A stretch of 64,000 nt of DNA from positions 38,254,001 to 38,318,000 of the forward strand of contig OZ024754.1 of assembly GCA_964016885.1 (NCBI GenBank), in the 5' to 3' direction. The position numbers and the translations under genes were made by a program. Positions 44,003-57,412 of this stretch are shown in pieces (position 1 is the first letter of the stretch; every line of letters begins with the position of its first letter). Origin of the DNA: Eledone cirrhosa (taxonomy: Eukaryota). The notes below the pieces were generated by a model, which searched no databases, was not told the origin of the DNA, and was given only the letters and a program-made list of their open reading frames with translations.

Positions 44003-44295
44003 ATTCCAAATATTAACAAAATAGATATTCTTGTGATCAATTATATTTTATTATACATATTTCAGAGGTACTGAATTAAGTTCAACAGTACGTCCTCATC
44101 AGATAAAATAAAATGATACATGACATACCCTGACATGGTAGATGGTTAAGATTTAATCAAACCATGTCAGGGTATGTCATGTATCATTTTATTTTATCTG
44201 ATGAGAACGTACTTTTGAACTTAATTCAGTACCTCTGAAATATGTATAATAAAATATAATTGTTCACAAGAATATCCATTTTGTTAATATTTGGA

Positions 44296-44297
<2 letters not shown>
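44003..44297. mobile_element. Palindrome, family C variant, with hammerheads 44044-44110(-) and 44190-44256(+)
   Basis: tattttat CTGATGA gaacgtac..tgaa-cttaa-ttca-gtacctct GAAA tatgta TA ataaaata. Confidence 0.8.
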
Positions 44298-44376
<79 letters not shown>

Positions 44377-44528
44377 TATTACATAATAATAATAATTAAG
44401 CTCTGTTGCCTACATAGAGCACTCTTTTTTCCTGGACTTTTCCGACGGAATTACTTCATTTACACACATATATATATATATATAGTGGTGGAACACTGGA
44501 AGGTAATATCCATAGTCTATAACCATGC

Positions 44529-44578
44529 CCATTCCGAGCTGAGGATCCGCTAAGGTGAAACAATTGTTCTCGGTATGG
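44529..44578 (+). ncRNA. Minimal type I hammerhead, family J; degenerate copy at ~28218-28260
   Basis: ccatt-ccgag CTGAGGA t-cc-gctaa-gg-t GAAA caattg TT ctcgg-tatgg. Palindromic stem III, GUU triplet. Confidence 0.8.
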
Positions 44579-44604
44579 TCAACTAACTGTTGTGTAACCA
44601 CTTG

Positions 44605-44656
<52 letters not shown>

Positions 44657-44657
<1 letters not shown>

Positions 44658-44964
44658 CGAAGGAAATGTGGTAAGGAACCAGATGGACCATAACGCACCA
44701 AAGTACTCAATACTTAGGGTAGTAGAGTGGGTAATAGGAACAAGTAGGACCCCGACAGCTGAGCTCAAGCCGTTTCGACGGCTAATTCTGGACTAAATGA
44801 ACATTTTTATCCTGGTACATGAATAGCCGAGCTTCTCAGGGGGTAATTCCATATATGGAATTACTCCCTGAGAAGCTCAGCTATGTACCAGGATAAACAT
44901 TTTCATTTAGTCCAGAATTAGCCGTCGAAACGGCTTGAGCTCAGCCGTCGGGGTCCTACTCGTT

Positions 44965-44970
<6 letters not shown>
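44657..44970. mobile_element. Fold-back element family F with hammerhead-like motifs (44749-44844 - and 44863-44954 +); truncated copies at 5035-5235, 7078-7282 and 25887-26037
   Basis: acccc/actcc CTGAGAA gctc(g/a)gctat...ttagccgtc GAAA cggc-ttgagctca-gccg TC ggggt. GUC triplet, atypical core. Confidence 0.65.
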
Positions 44971-44994
<24 letters not shown>

Positions 44995-44998
<4 letters not shown>

Positions 44999-45180
44999 TG
45001 AGATTCTACAGGACTAGAACTGTTTCATTCTTTAGAAATCATCAGGGATTCCTGATGATTTCTAAAGAATGAAACAGTTCTAGTCCTGTAGAATCTCATC
45101 TATATTAAAACTTTTATACTCTGCAATGTATTGAGTACCTTACTTACTGTGGTTACCTCCGATTCAACCCGGAATAACGT
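44995..45180. mobile_element. Fold-back element family A, hammerhead 45046-45096(+) plus mirror copy; further degenerate copies at 19818-19866(-) and 37415-37480
   Basis: ggattc CTGATGA tttctaaagaat GAAA cag-ttctagtc-ctg TA gaatct. Confidence 0.8.
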
Positions 45181-45660
45181 ATATATATATATATATATAT
45201 ATATATGAGTGTGTATGTGTATGTGTGTGTGTGTGTGTATGTGTATGTGTGTGTGTGTATGTATATATGTGTGTGTATGTGTATGTATATATATATATGT
45301 GAGTGTATATGTGTGTATATGTGTATGTATGTATATATATATATATGTGTGTGTGTGTATGTATATATATATATGTGTGTGAGTGTATATGTGGAAATTT
45401 GTATGTGTGTGTATGTGCGTGCGTGTGTGTGCGTGCTTCTGTGTGCGTGCATCTGTGTGCGTGCTTCTGTGTCTGTATGTGTGCACGTCTGTGACTGTGT
45501 GTGTGTGTCTGTGTGTATGTGTGTATGTATGTGTTTGTGTATGTATATATATGTGTTTGCGTGTGTGTATGTATGTGTATATTTGTATGTGTATGTTTGT
45601 ATGTATATCTATGTGTGTATGTATACATGTGTGTGTATGTATATATGTGTATGTGAGTAG

Positions 45661-45718
<58 letters not shown>

Positions 45719-45719
<1 letters not shown>

Positions 45720-46050
45720 GTAGGAGGTGAGTTTTATTGTAGTACAATAAAGCAATGCAGATATCGGATAAGAAGCACTCTACAGTTTGTAGGACTGGAG
45801 TATACATAATATAAGATCAAAAGATGGTTAAAGGAGTTCCATGTATTTTATTATGCGCATTTCAAAAACAAACATCATCATGCAATAATATTTGTGTTTT
45901 CATCAGATAAAACAGGAGAACATGATATGAAGGCTGATGAAAAGTTTTATCTGATGAAAACACAAATATTATTGCATGATGATGTTTGTTTTTGAAATGC
46001 GCATAATAAAATACATGGAACTCCTTTAACCATCTTTTGATCTTATATTA
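45719..46050. mobile_element. Fold-back element family B with hammerheads 45844-45914(-) and 45944-46012(+)
   Basis: Near-identical to 41297-41703. (TA)n on both sides. Confidence 0.85.
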
Positions 46051-46060
46051 TATATATATA

Positions 46061-46182
<122 letters not shown>

Positions 46183-47027
46183 TGGTGTGTGTGCATGCAC
46201 GTGTGGATGTATAAGTATATTGAACATTTGTATGTGTGTGTGTGTGTGTGTATCATCATCATCATCATCATCATCATCATTTAGCGTCTACTTACCCTTA
46301 TGGCAAGGGTTGGACAATTCGTCCCAGACCAAGTCAATACTTAACGAGTGTTACAGACCTCTCAGATGGGCAGGGTGATGGTCGGGTGGGGGAACATGTT
46401 GCTTACTTACATACATACATACATTCCCACACTCTACAGAGTATGTAGCAAGTGCAATATATCGTGGCACCTGTAGTAAGGGTATCGTCATGTCTTTGAC
46501 ACAACTAAAGAATCCTTTCGACCCTTTGTTAAGCAACTATCCTTATGGCCTGATGCTCTTCCAATCACAAACTACTTTATCAAATGTGCTGGGTGCCAGT
46601 TGTAAAATGACCAAGGCACAGTATATTTAACAACAGCATCTCTACAACTCCGCCAGGAATTAAGGGTCAAAGCAATGTCAAGACTTGGTTGGCAAGTAAG
46701 ATGATTTAAGATCCTGTTTTGAAACTGAAGCAGTTATATCAGAAAAGTGTCATTTTAGTCATTTAAGGACACAAAATCTGTTACATTTATTTATGTTTAT
46801 TTCTTAGGTGGATTGGCAGTATCGGTAGAGCATCAGACAACATGGTTTATGACATAGAGTTACGGCCCTTTATGATCTAAGTTCAAATCTTGCTGAAGTT
46901 AGCTTTGTCTTTCATCCTTATCGAGGTCGATAAAATAAAGTACCAGAGCCTGTCGCCAAAGGGAGAGATTGCTCTTTGCTCCCTCCTTTATAGTTCCTAG
47001 AACGGAAGTTCACGGAATACTCTAGAA

Positions 47028-49380
47028 CACAGGTTCTCAACCCATTTAGGCCAAACGCCCCCTTTTGTCCCTCGAAATCACGAAACGCCCCCCCCCCCCC
47101 TATTTTTTCATTTTTCAATATACTACTCAGTAGATTACTAAAAAATTGATTTTCAATATACTACTCAGTAGATTACTAAAAAATTGATTAACAATATTCC
47201 AAAGATGTGTGTATTATCTGATTATGTGTTGTATGTGGGTCCTAGATGTGTGTATTATCTGATTATGTGTTGTATGTGGGTCCTAGATGTGTGTATTATC
47301 TGATTATGTGTTGTATGTGGGTCCTAGATGTGTGTATTATCTGATTATGTGTTGTATGTGGGTCCTAGATGTGTGTATTATCTGATTATGTGTTGTATGT
47401 GGTCCTAGATGTGTGTATTATCTGATTATGTGTTGTATGTGGGTCCTAGATGTGTGTATTATCTGATTATGTGTTGTATGTGGGTCCTAGATGTGTGTAT
47501 TATCTGATTATGTGTTGTATGTGGGTCCTAGATGTGTGTATTATCTGATTATGTGTTGTATGTGGGTCCTAGATGTGTGTATTATCTGATTATGTGTTGT
47601 ATGTGGTCCTAGATGTGTGTATTATCTGATTATGTGTTGTATGTGGGTCCTAGATGTGTGTATTATCTGATTATGTGTTGTATGTGGGTCCTAGATGTGT
47701 GTATTATCTGATTATGTGTTGTATGTGGGTCCTAGATGTGTGTATTATCTGATTATGTGTTGTATGTGGGTCCTAGATGTGTGTATTATCTGATTATGTG
47801 TTGTATGTGGGTCCTAGATGTGTGTATTATCTGATTATGTGTTGTATGTGGTCCTAGATGTGTGTATTATCTGATTATGTGTTGTATGTGGGTCCTAGAT
47901 GTGTGTATTATCTGATTATGTGTTGTATGTGGGTCCTAGATGTGTGTATTATCTGATTATGTGTTGTATGTGGGTCCTAGATGTGTGTATTATCTGATTA
48001 TGTGTTGTATGTGGGTCCTAGATGTGTGTATTATCTGATTATGTGTTGTATGTGGTCCTAGATGTGTGTATTATCTGATTATGTGTTGTATGTGGGTCCT
48101 AGATGTGTGTATTATCTGATTATGTGTTGTATGTGGGTCCTAGATGTGTGTATTATCTGATTATGTGTTGTATGTGGTCCTAGATGTGTGTATTATCTGA
48201 TTATGTGTTGTATGTGGGTCCTAGATGTGTGTATTATCTGATTATGTGTTGTATGTGGGTCCTAGATGTGTGTATTATCTGATTATGTGTTGTATGTGGG
48301 TCCTAGATGTGTGTATTATCTGATTATATGTTGTATGTGGGTCCTAGATGCGTGTATTATCTGATTATGTGTTGTATGTGGGTCCTAGATGTGTGTATTA
48401 TCTGATTATGTGTTGTATGTGGGTCCTAGATGCGTGTATTATCTGATTATGTGTTGTATGTGGGTCCTAGATGCGTGTATTATCTGATTATGTGTTGTAT
48501 GTGGGTCCTAGATGTGTGTATTATCTGATTATGTGTTGTATGTGGGTCCTAGATGTGTGTATTATCTGATTATGTGTTGTATGTGGGTCCTAGATGTGTG
48601 TATTATCTGATTATGTGTTGTATATGGGTTCTAGATGTGTGTATTATCTGATTATGTGTTGTATGTGGGTCCTAGATGTGTGTATTATCTGATTATGTGT
48701 TGTATGTGGTCCTAGATGTGTGTATTATCTGATTATGTGTTGTATGTGGGTCCTAGATGTGTGTATTATCTGATTATGTGTTGTATGTGGGTCCTAGATG
48801 TGTGTATTATCTGATTATGTGTTGTATGTGGGTCCTAGATGTGTGTATTATCTGATTATGTGTTGTATGTGGGTCCTAGATGTGTGTGCTACTCACTTCT
48901 GTTTTTTCTTTTCTTTTTTTTTATTTGTAATATTATTTATACAATAGGGAATAAAATAGATCTACATAGTGTTAACTCTTTACGGTTGAGTCAATAATTT
49001 CAGACATGAAATACATTGTTATCGGTGAAGGAAAGATAAGATACTAACTGGCTGTGCTCAAAGTGTCTTTGACCCAGTTGACTGTGGGGTTTTCTATTTT
49101 TAGGATCTCAATTACTGGTTAACGTCTCAATTACCAGACATGCCTGCACACCTGCTCACAGCTGCGGTCAGACTGTAGTTATGCTGTCTGCAAGCTCATT
49201 CAAATACATTCACACTGGCTGTCTCAAATACAAACAAATATGGCTTATAAAACTTACCAAAATAAAGAGCCTTCCACCCCCCCCCCTAACGCGACCTTGC
49301 TCCCACTCGCCCCCCACCCCACCCCCTGGAGTTCCGAACCCCCCCCCAGGGGTGCATATGCCCTCCGTTGAGAACCTTTG
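47028..49380. mobile_element. Non-autonomous hAT (Charlie-like) element
   Basis: TIRs CACAGGTTCTCAAC / GTTGAGAACCTTTG. Perfect 8-bp TSD CTCTAGAA at 47020-47027 and 49381-49388. Confidence 0.9.
47204..48887. repeat. 41-bp tandem satellite (~41 copies) inside the hAT element
   Basis: Unit AGATGTGTGTATTATCTGATTATGTGTTGTATGTGGGTCCT. Confidence 0.95.
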
Positions 49381-49919
49381 CTCTAGAATTCTACGGGAAG
49401 TAACTCCTACTATTTCCCTTTGTCTAGAGAGCGCTACACAGTAATGCACTGGTGTTGATTTAATCGACTTTTCCCTTCCCCCAAATTGCTGGCCTTGTGC
49501 CTAAAGCAGAAACCAATATTATTTTCTATTGTATTAATATATGGACATGAAACTCTTTGTGGAGTTAAAGAAGTGAAGAAGCAATGTAGGGATATACAAT
49601 GAGTGGTGGCCATTTTAAACTTGGTGAAGATCATCCCCTCTCCAGAGAAGGAAAGAGAGAGAGAGAGAGAGGGGGGGGAGTTAGAAAGATATAGAGAGGA
49701 AGAATTGATCCTAGTATTGCACTGAAACTTTTTTTATTGACCTCAAAAAGATGGAAGGCAAAGTTGACTTCAGCAGAATTTGAACTCACAACTCAAAGAA
49801 TCAGAACAAATATATCAAAGAACGAATATCTGATATTCTAATGACTTTGCCAATTCACAACCTTGTAATCTCTACAATGGGGTGTCAGAATATTTCATTG
49901 AACTTCATTAACCCTTCAG

Positions 49920-51245
49920 CATTTACATTACTCTATATTTACTGTTGTATTTTCACAGTAAAGGCTTTACCTCACATAATATCTCACATAACATTTACAT
50001 TACTCTATATATACTATTATATTTTCACAGTAAAGGTTTTACCTCTCATAATATCTCACATAACATTTACATTACTCTATATATACTATTGTATTTTCAC
50101 AGTAAAGGTTTTACCTCGCATAATATCTCACATAACATTTACATTACTCTATATATACTATTGTATTTTCACAGTAAAGGTTTTACCTCACATAATATCT
50201 CACATAACATTTACATTACTCTATATTTACTATTGTATTTTCACAGTAAAGGTTTTACCTCATATAATATCTCACATAACATTTACATTACTCTATATAT
50301 ACTATTGTATTTTCACAGTAAAGGCTTAACCTCACATAATATCTCACATAACATTTACATTACTCTATATATACTATTGTATTTTCACAGTAAAGGTTTT
50401 ACCTCACATAATATCTCACATAACATTTACATTACTCTATATTTACCATTGTATTTTCACAGTAAAGGCTTTACCTCACATAATATCTCACATAACATTT
50501 ACATTACTCTATATTTACTATTGTATTTTCACAGTAAAGGTTTTACCTCACATAATATCTCACATAACATTTACATTACTCTATATTTACTATTGTATTT
50601 TCACAGTAAAGGCTTTACCTCACATAATATCTCACATAACATTTACATTACTCTATATTTACTATTGTATTTTCACAGTAAAGGTTTTACCTCGCATAAT
50701 ATCTCACATAACATTTACATTACTCTATATATACTATTGTATTTTCACAGTAAAGGCTTTACCTCACATAATATCTCACATAACATTTACATTACCCTAT
50801 ATATACTATTGTATTTTCACAGTAAAGGCTTTATCTCACATAATGTCTCACATAACATTTACATTACTCTATATATACTATTGTATTTTCACAGTAAAGG
50901 CTTTACCTCACATAATATCTCACATAACATTTACATTACTCTATATATACTATTGTATTTTCACAGTAAAGGCTTTACCTCACATAATATCTCACATAAC
51001 ATTTACATTACTCTATATATACTATTGTATTTTCACAGTAAAGGCTTTACCTCACATAATATCTCACATAACATTTACATTATATATACTATTGTATTTT
51101 CACAGTAAAGGCTTTACCTCACATAATATCTCACATAACATTTACATTACTCTATATATACTATTGTATTTTCACAGTAAAGGCTTTACCTCACATAATA
51201 TCTCACATAACATTTACATTACTCTATATTTACTATTGTATTTTC
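49920..51245. repeat. 72-bp tandem array (~18 copies) amplified inside a piggyBac-like MITE (49908-51417)
   Basis: 24-aa periodicity in the spurious ORF. The flanks match the two halves of the MITE at 55320-55518. Confidence 0.9.
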
Positions 51246-52019
51246 ACTTTACGTTACATAATTATCTCACATAATATCGAATTTATGAGATTTTGATGAT
51301 ATTTATTTTGAGAATAACACCTTAACATAAGTATAAGTGACCAGTTATGGCCGGTTTGAATGGAAAGAGGTGAAAGAATTGCAACCGGATATAGCTGGTT
51401 TAAATACTAAACGTTTAAGCTAGTTACTGATATAACTGACCTAGTTGCAATGAAATTGAAGGAGTGGCTAGGTTGCCAATGTGCAACACAACCTTTTGAC
51501 ATTTCATACTGGACAATACTACAAACACTAACCTACCCAAAATTGGTTCTGGTTCTATGAAACAATGGGCTCTTGTTTAAATTAAAATCTTCCAACATAA
51601 TTTTATACAATTCTTTCTAACATTGTCACAAGGTCAGCTATTTGGAGGAATGGAAAGTCGATTATATCAAGCCAATTACTTAACTGGTATTTTATTTTAT
51701 TGACCTCAGAAGGATAAAAGACAAAATTGATCTCGGCAGGATTTGAACTCAAAACATATTGAGCTGGGATAAATAGCACAACACACTTGGTCCAACATTC
51801 TGCCAATTTTGGCAAATCACAACCCTATGATGCTTTTCATATATATTTTTTTCATTCAATAGCTGGATTATATTTCTATCAATTTACAACAAATAGTTGT
51901 AATGTAATTCACCATTTTATAATAATTTGAATTCTGATATCTCTGATATCACTCACTCGCTCATGAATCGAGTTTCATTGATCCAATGAACAATACTCTT
52001 TCCATTTGTCTTGATCTAA

Positions 52020-52455
52020 CATTATCACTCCAAGATCTGTTAAATTTCCTCCCATGTAAACATATAGCATATCCAGACATGTTGTTGCTGGACCGCTTCT
52101 ACTTCTCTTTCCATGCATAGGCTTCTATAAAAGAACATGGCTGACACACTCATTTTTTGCCCTGTAACAATGTCCCGCAAAACATATCCTTCTTAGGCGA
52201 ACAATATCCGACACGGGAGGACTATCCAGATAGAGTTCTCCATTTCTGACTCTCTGTCCCAAGATATGTTGAAAGCATGTCTCAGGAGTCTTGTGTAACA
52301 TCCATTTAGTCTTTTTTCAAGGGTTTTATTAAGCGTCCATGCTTCTAACCAGTAGAGTCACACACTTTCAACTGTGACTTTGAAGAACATACGCTTTAGT
52401 CTCCTCAAGAGAGATGATTGCCATATTTTATTAAGTTTATTTATGGTCGACCATG
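52020..52455 (-). mobile_element. Degenerate RTE-like LINE 3' fragment
   Basis: Minus-strand pieces resembling LEKRLNGCYTRLLRHAFNISW and RLRRICFAGHCYR, with frameshifts. Confidence 0.6.
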
Positions 52456-52876
52456 TATGATATACATTAAGAAAATTCAATAGCTGGATTATATTTCTGT
52501 CTATTTACAACAAATAGTTGTAATGAAATCCTCCATTTTATAATGATTTGAAATCTGATATTTATGATATACATTCAGCAATTTACAAGTTAATTTAATG
52601 AGCTTTAATAAGATTTGATGACTATGTTGTTTGAGTGGTTTAACAATCAGAACATTCATCATCAAAGCTCAGCCATCTATGTATACTTTTATCTTTATTC
52701 ATTATCTAACGAGGTGGCAAATTGACTGAGTTGTTAGAGCATTGAATAGAATGTTTCGAAGAGTATTTCATCCAGCTCTCTGCAGTGATGGAGTCAAAAC
52801 CCACAAAGATCAATTTTGCCCTTCTTCCTTTCGAAGTTGATAAAAAAGTTAAAAAAGTACCATTCCAGCACAGAAA

Positions 52877-52963
<87 letters not shown>

Positions 52964-55319
52964 AAGAAGAAGAAGAAGAAGAAGAAATGGAAGAAATCTG
53001 CTGTGTTCTGAACCTGGTTTAAAATAGCCAACATACACAGTATTTCAATCACTAAAGAGCTCCTATGACTCCATTATCAGTTATATGCCCATACTTATAA
53101 CATACACATACATTGTCTATAAATATAACATAAGCATACATTGTCCATATATATAACATACACATACAATGTCTAATGCTTTTCATTTCATGTGTAAAGT
53201 GATTAATGTTTGTGATGGGGACAAGTGGCTAGAAACAGATGAGGATATGTTGTCAACATCACTCATCAATTGACAATGACTTCACAAGCAAGGACTGATA
53301 CTCCTTAACTCTTAATATCCTGAAACGATTTAGAAGATAATATCTAATTCAAATGTTTATAGCATTTTTACTACTGAACAGATCGTTGGGAAAATTTACA
53401 GTGTTACAATCTAATATCCTGTAATGATTGAGCAGAAAATATCTAAATACAGGTTTGTTAATTCAAACGTTTATAGGATGTTTACTACCGAACAGACAAT
53501 TGGGAAATTTGCAGTATAACTCTTAACATCCTGTAACGATTTAGCAGAAAATATTTTAAAATAAGCTTGTTAATTCCAATGTTTATGCTATCTTTACTAT
53601 TGGGCAGGTTGTTGTGAAAATTTGCAGCATTAGAATAAAAACTATAATTTTTAATGTGATGCAGTCATAGTAATGTTTTGTACTTTTTAAGAATGTCTTG
53701 CCAATGTAGTTTCATGTGGTTTGTTGATTCAAATGTTTGTAGTACCTTTATCAGTGAACAGATTGTTTGTGAACATTTTCAGTAAACTAAATTAAAAATT
53801 TTGATTTTCAGTGTTGCTTTGTACTTTTAAAGAATGTTTTGTTAATAATGTGGTTTCATGTGGTACAGGACGTTGGGAGAAATTTTAGCTCTCACATCTT
53901 GGATTTTCACACTGCTGCTCACATATTAAAAAAACAAAAACAGCATACACAGACACTCATGCATACACATATATATATATATCCATACACACAGAAACAC
54001 ACATGTACACACATGCACACATATATATATAGTGAAGAATAAGTATGCAAAATGAGTTTTTACAACAATTTATTAAGAAATTTTACATTACAAATGTTTT
54101 GACGGGTTTGACAACTATGCAGTGTGTTGGTTCCATTGTATCAACCCGGCCTCTTCAGATGGACTTCCAAACATTGTTTTTATCCACCCCTGGTTCTCTG
54201 GAGAACACAGGGTGCAGAGATAGAGGAACTGATAAAACTCAATCTCTCCTCTCTCAATATCAGTATGTGAAAAAAACAGTATGTGAATCTATGCTGTCTT
54301 TTAATCTATTTTTTTAGTACGTAACAATTCGATCCATAAAATAATACATCTGTTAGTGACTTACTCCACCAGTTAACTGCAGAGATAGTGAACCGCGATA
54401 AAATAGTTTAAGCCATTCATATTTATATTACTTTATATTACTTTATATAATTATTATATAATTATATTACTTTATATTACTCTTTATATAATTATTTCAC
54501 ATAATATAAAATCAATGAGATTTCGATATTATTTATTTTGAGAACAAAACTTTAACATGTTTTATGATCTCATTGAGGGCAGAAAGGCATGGGAGGTAAC
54601 CAGTACTGGAGTGGGTGAAGGCCCAAAGAGTCCACAGTGGATCCACAGCGACATTTGTGTAGCTTGCAAATCCAGAGACTGAGCCCCAGGGTAACACCGG
54701 TGGAGAGACAGTTAGTGTCCAGCTGGCTACCAGTTGAAAGCAAGGGTATAGTGTTAAGCTAGGTACCAGTGTGTGGAGGAAGGACCAAGCAAAAAACATG
54801 TTAGATGATGCTGGTAAAGCCAGCGTACAAGCCTGTCGAAGGTCATGTCACACTGGATGGCGTCCCAATTGCTTTAGGGTGATTCTACAAAGAGGATGGG
54901 TTGGACATCCGCTGTTACCAAAGGTTGTAGGACATTCAACAGCAAGGCTTATCACAGGAAAGTTCAGCTGAGACATAAGCCCAGGTAATATGATGACACC
55001 ACCACCACCAGTGACAACAACAATGACAACAGCAACAACATTAGCAAAATGAAGCTGGTCAAGCTGGTGAACTAGCCTGTCGAAGGTCATGTCACACTGG
55101 ATGGTGTCCCAATTGTTTTGGTTTGACTGGATGTCAGCCATCTTGAAATTTTATAAGCACTCCCCGAGCAGTCTTTTGCCATCTCATAAAATTTTTTTCA
55201 CCCACTCTGTTCAACATTCATGCACACGGCACACTGCACATGGCACACTGCATACTGCATATCATGTTTTACTGCTTAGGCAAAGATTGTGAGAGCTGAT
55301 CTCAAATCACTAAAGTTAA

Positions 55320-55518
55320 CCCTTTAGTATTTAAACTGGCTGTACCTGACCAGAATTCTCTACCTCTTTCTGTTCAAACCGGCTGTAACTGGTATTGTTC
55401 TCAAAATAAATAATATCAAAATATCATAGATTCGATATTATGTGAAATAATTATGTGAGGTAAACCCTTTACCATGAAAATACAACAGTAAATATAGAGT
55501 AATGTAAATGCTAAAGGG
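55320..55518. mobile_element. piggyBac-like MITE
   Basis: TTAA-CCCTTTAG...CTAAAGGG-TTAA. Related copies at ~32908-33217, 33230-33438, 59480-59539 and 62527-62757. Confidence 0.85.
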
Positions 55519-56129
55519 TTAACAGAGGAGATCATGAAGGATGGTGGACTGGAAAATATCTGTCCAACTTATGCAAGTATGGAAGAGTGGACATCAAATA
55601 ATTGTTTCTACTTTTGGCACAAGGCCAGCAATTATCCCAGTGTATTACTGGTACTTTATTTTATTGACCCTGTAAGGATGAAAGGCAAAGTTAACCTCGG
55701 CGGGATTTGAACTCAGACCATAAAGGGCCGTAACTCTATGCTGCAAAGCATGGCGTCTGACCCTCTACCGATACTGCCAATCCAATGACGATGTGTTTGA
55801 AATCAGTAAAGATTATAAAAAAAAAACATTTAGATTTTTAATTTTTTATTGTTTTGGTCATGTTTTTTTTTGTTTGTTTTTCTGTGAGAAGGAATTAAAA
55901 TGCCTAAGATTACTTAACATAATGCCTGATGAATCTTGATATATATTGTTTTGTAAACTAGAGATGTTTTCCGTTATTCAGAAAAGTACTTAAGCCTTAA
56001 TGAAGTGTTGCTTTAGAATTCTGAAGTACTAAAAATAAATAAATAAACTTAATTGACCTGATTAAAAAATCCTGGTACTGAGAGGCCTCAGTATGTTAAA
56101 GTTTTTCTCTGTGAGAGAATATTTTACAA

Positions 56130-56171
<42 letters not shown>

Positions 56172-56206
56172 CGGAGAATAGACCGTTAAAACATGTTTAT
56201 TTAAAA

Positions 56207-56251
56207 TATCACCTACGTACGTTTCACCCAGTTGGGCTTCTCAAGGGCATA
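56207..56251 (-). ncRNA. Type I hammerhead-like motif, family E, U3-A8 core
   Basis: Reverse complement tatgccc TTGAGAA gccca-ac-tgggt GAAA cgtacg TA ggtgata. Palindromic stem III ACGTACGT, GUA triplet, weak stem I. Confidence 0.55.
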
Positions 56252-56311
56252 AATAATCACAAGTGTTCCTTATATTGCTCGGAAAGAGTTTTTGGGGTTA
56301 AATCCACATCA

Positions 56312-57412
56312 TTACTCTGTAGCGCCAAAGATCTCGGTCCAGTGACATTGTCTTAAAGAGGTGTGTGTAAGGTCGGAATTTATCAAATCGTCCCAGGTTT
56401 TTCTGGGTCTGCCTACTCTGTAGCTTCCGTCAATTTTGATCGCCTTGCACTTTTTTATACAGCTGTCATCTTTCATGCGCATCACGTGACCATACCAACG
56501 TAGTCTTCTCTCGAGTAAACAGCATCTGATCTCTCTTATACATAAATTCTCACTTAGTTCATTCATGCTTTGCTGTTCACGTATATTACTATTGCACATC
56601 CAGCGGAGTATGCATGCTTCGTTCCTCTCCAGTCTGCGTATATCCTCTGCACACAATGCCCAAGTCTCACTGCCATGTAACATAGCTGTTCGTATGCAGG
56701 CATCATACAATCTGCCTTTCATTTTTAGAGAGAAACCGTTAGCGGCCAAGAGTGGTATAAGCTCTCTGAACTTTTTCCATCCCGTTCTGACTCTGGCTAC
56801 TGTACTTTCTGAGCACCCTCCACCACTGCTGATTTTGTCACCCAGGTAACAGAAGGTGTCCACTATTTCTATAGCACCATCTGGGCAATAGAAGGAGCTA
56901 GTATCCTGTGGGCGCTTGCTACCAATTGCACCTGAGCACTGGCCACATATAAAATCTAAGTTCTTAGATAGCTTACCTGTGATCCCACTACATCTTTTAT
57001 GCACCCATACTTTGCATTTGGGACATAAAATGGAATTTCTGCCTACTCCTTTCCTACACACTGAGCATGGCCATTTCCCAGAGGGGACCTGTGCTCTATT
57101 TTCTTTCCTACATACTAGAACTTTAGTCTTAGACAAGTTAACTTTAAAGCCTTTTGATTCTAGGCCATGCTCCCATATTTGGAATTTCTTCTCTAGTTCG
57201 GCCATTGATTCAGCTATGAGCGTTAGATCATCTGCATATAGAAGTTCCCATGGGCAGCCGGTCTTGAACTCCTCTGTTATAGCCTGAAGGGCATTAATAA
57301 ATAGGAGGGGGCTAAGGACAGAGCCCTGATGAACACCAACTTTTCCGCTAAATTCTTCACTATATTTGTTGTTAATTCTAACCTTGCTGACTGTTTCTTT
57401 ATACATGGCTTG
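56312..57412 (-). mobile_element. RTE LINE fragment, diverged subfamily of the 39093-40891 element
   Basis: 379-aa ORF with GVHQGSVLSPLLF, LLYADDL and the same Cys/His finger. Confidence 0.92.

Noticed and set aside
47204-48887. CRISPR-like regular array (also 17516-18353 and 33528-33843)
   Set aside because: Head-to-tail units with no unique spacers, no cas genes, and a eukaryotic context.
49945-51108. 387-aa repeat protein ORF
   Set aside because: Reading frame through a 72-bp MITE-derived satellite.
53290-53830. Degenerate ~110-bp repeats
   Set aside because: Old tandem duplication with no ORF or recognisable structure.
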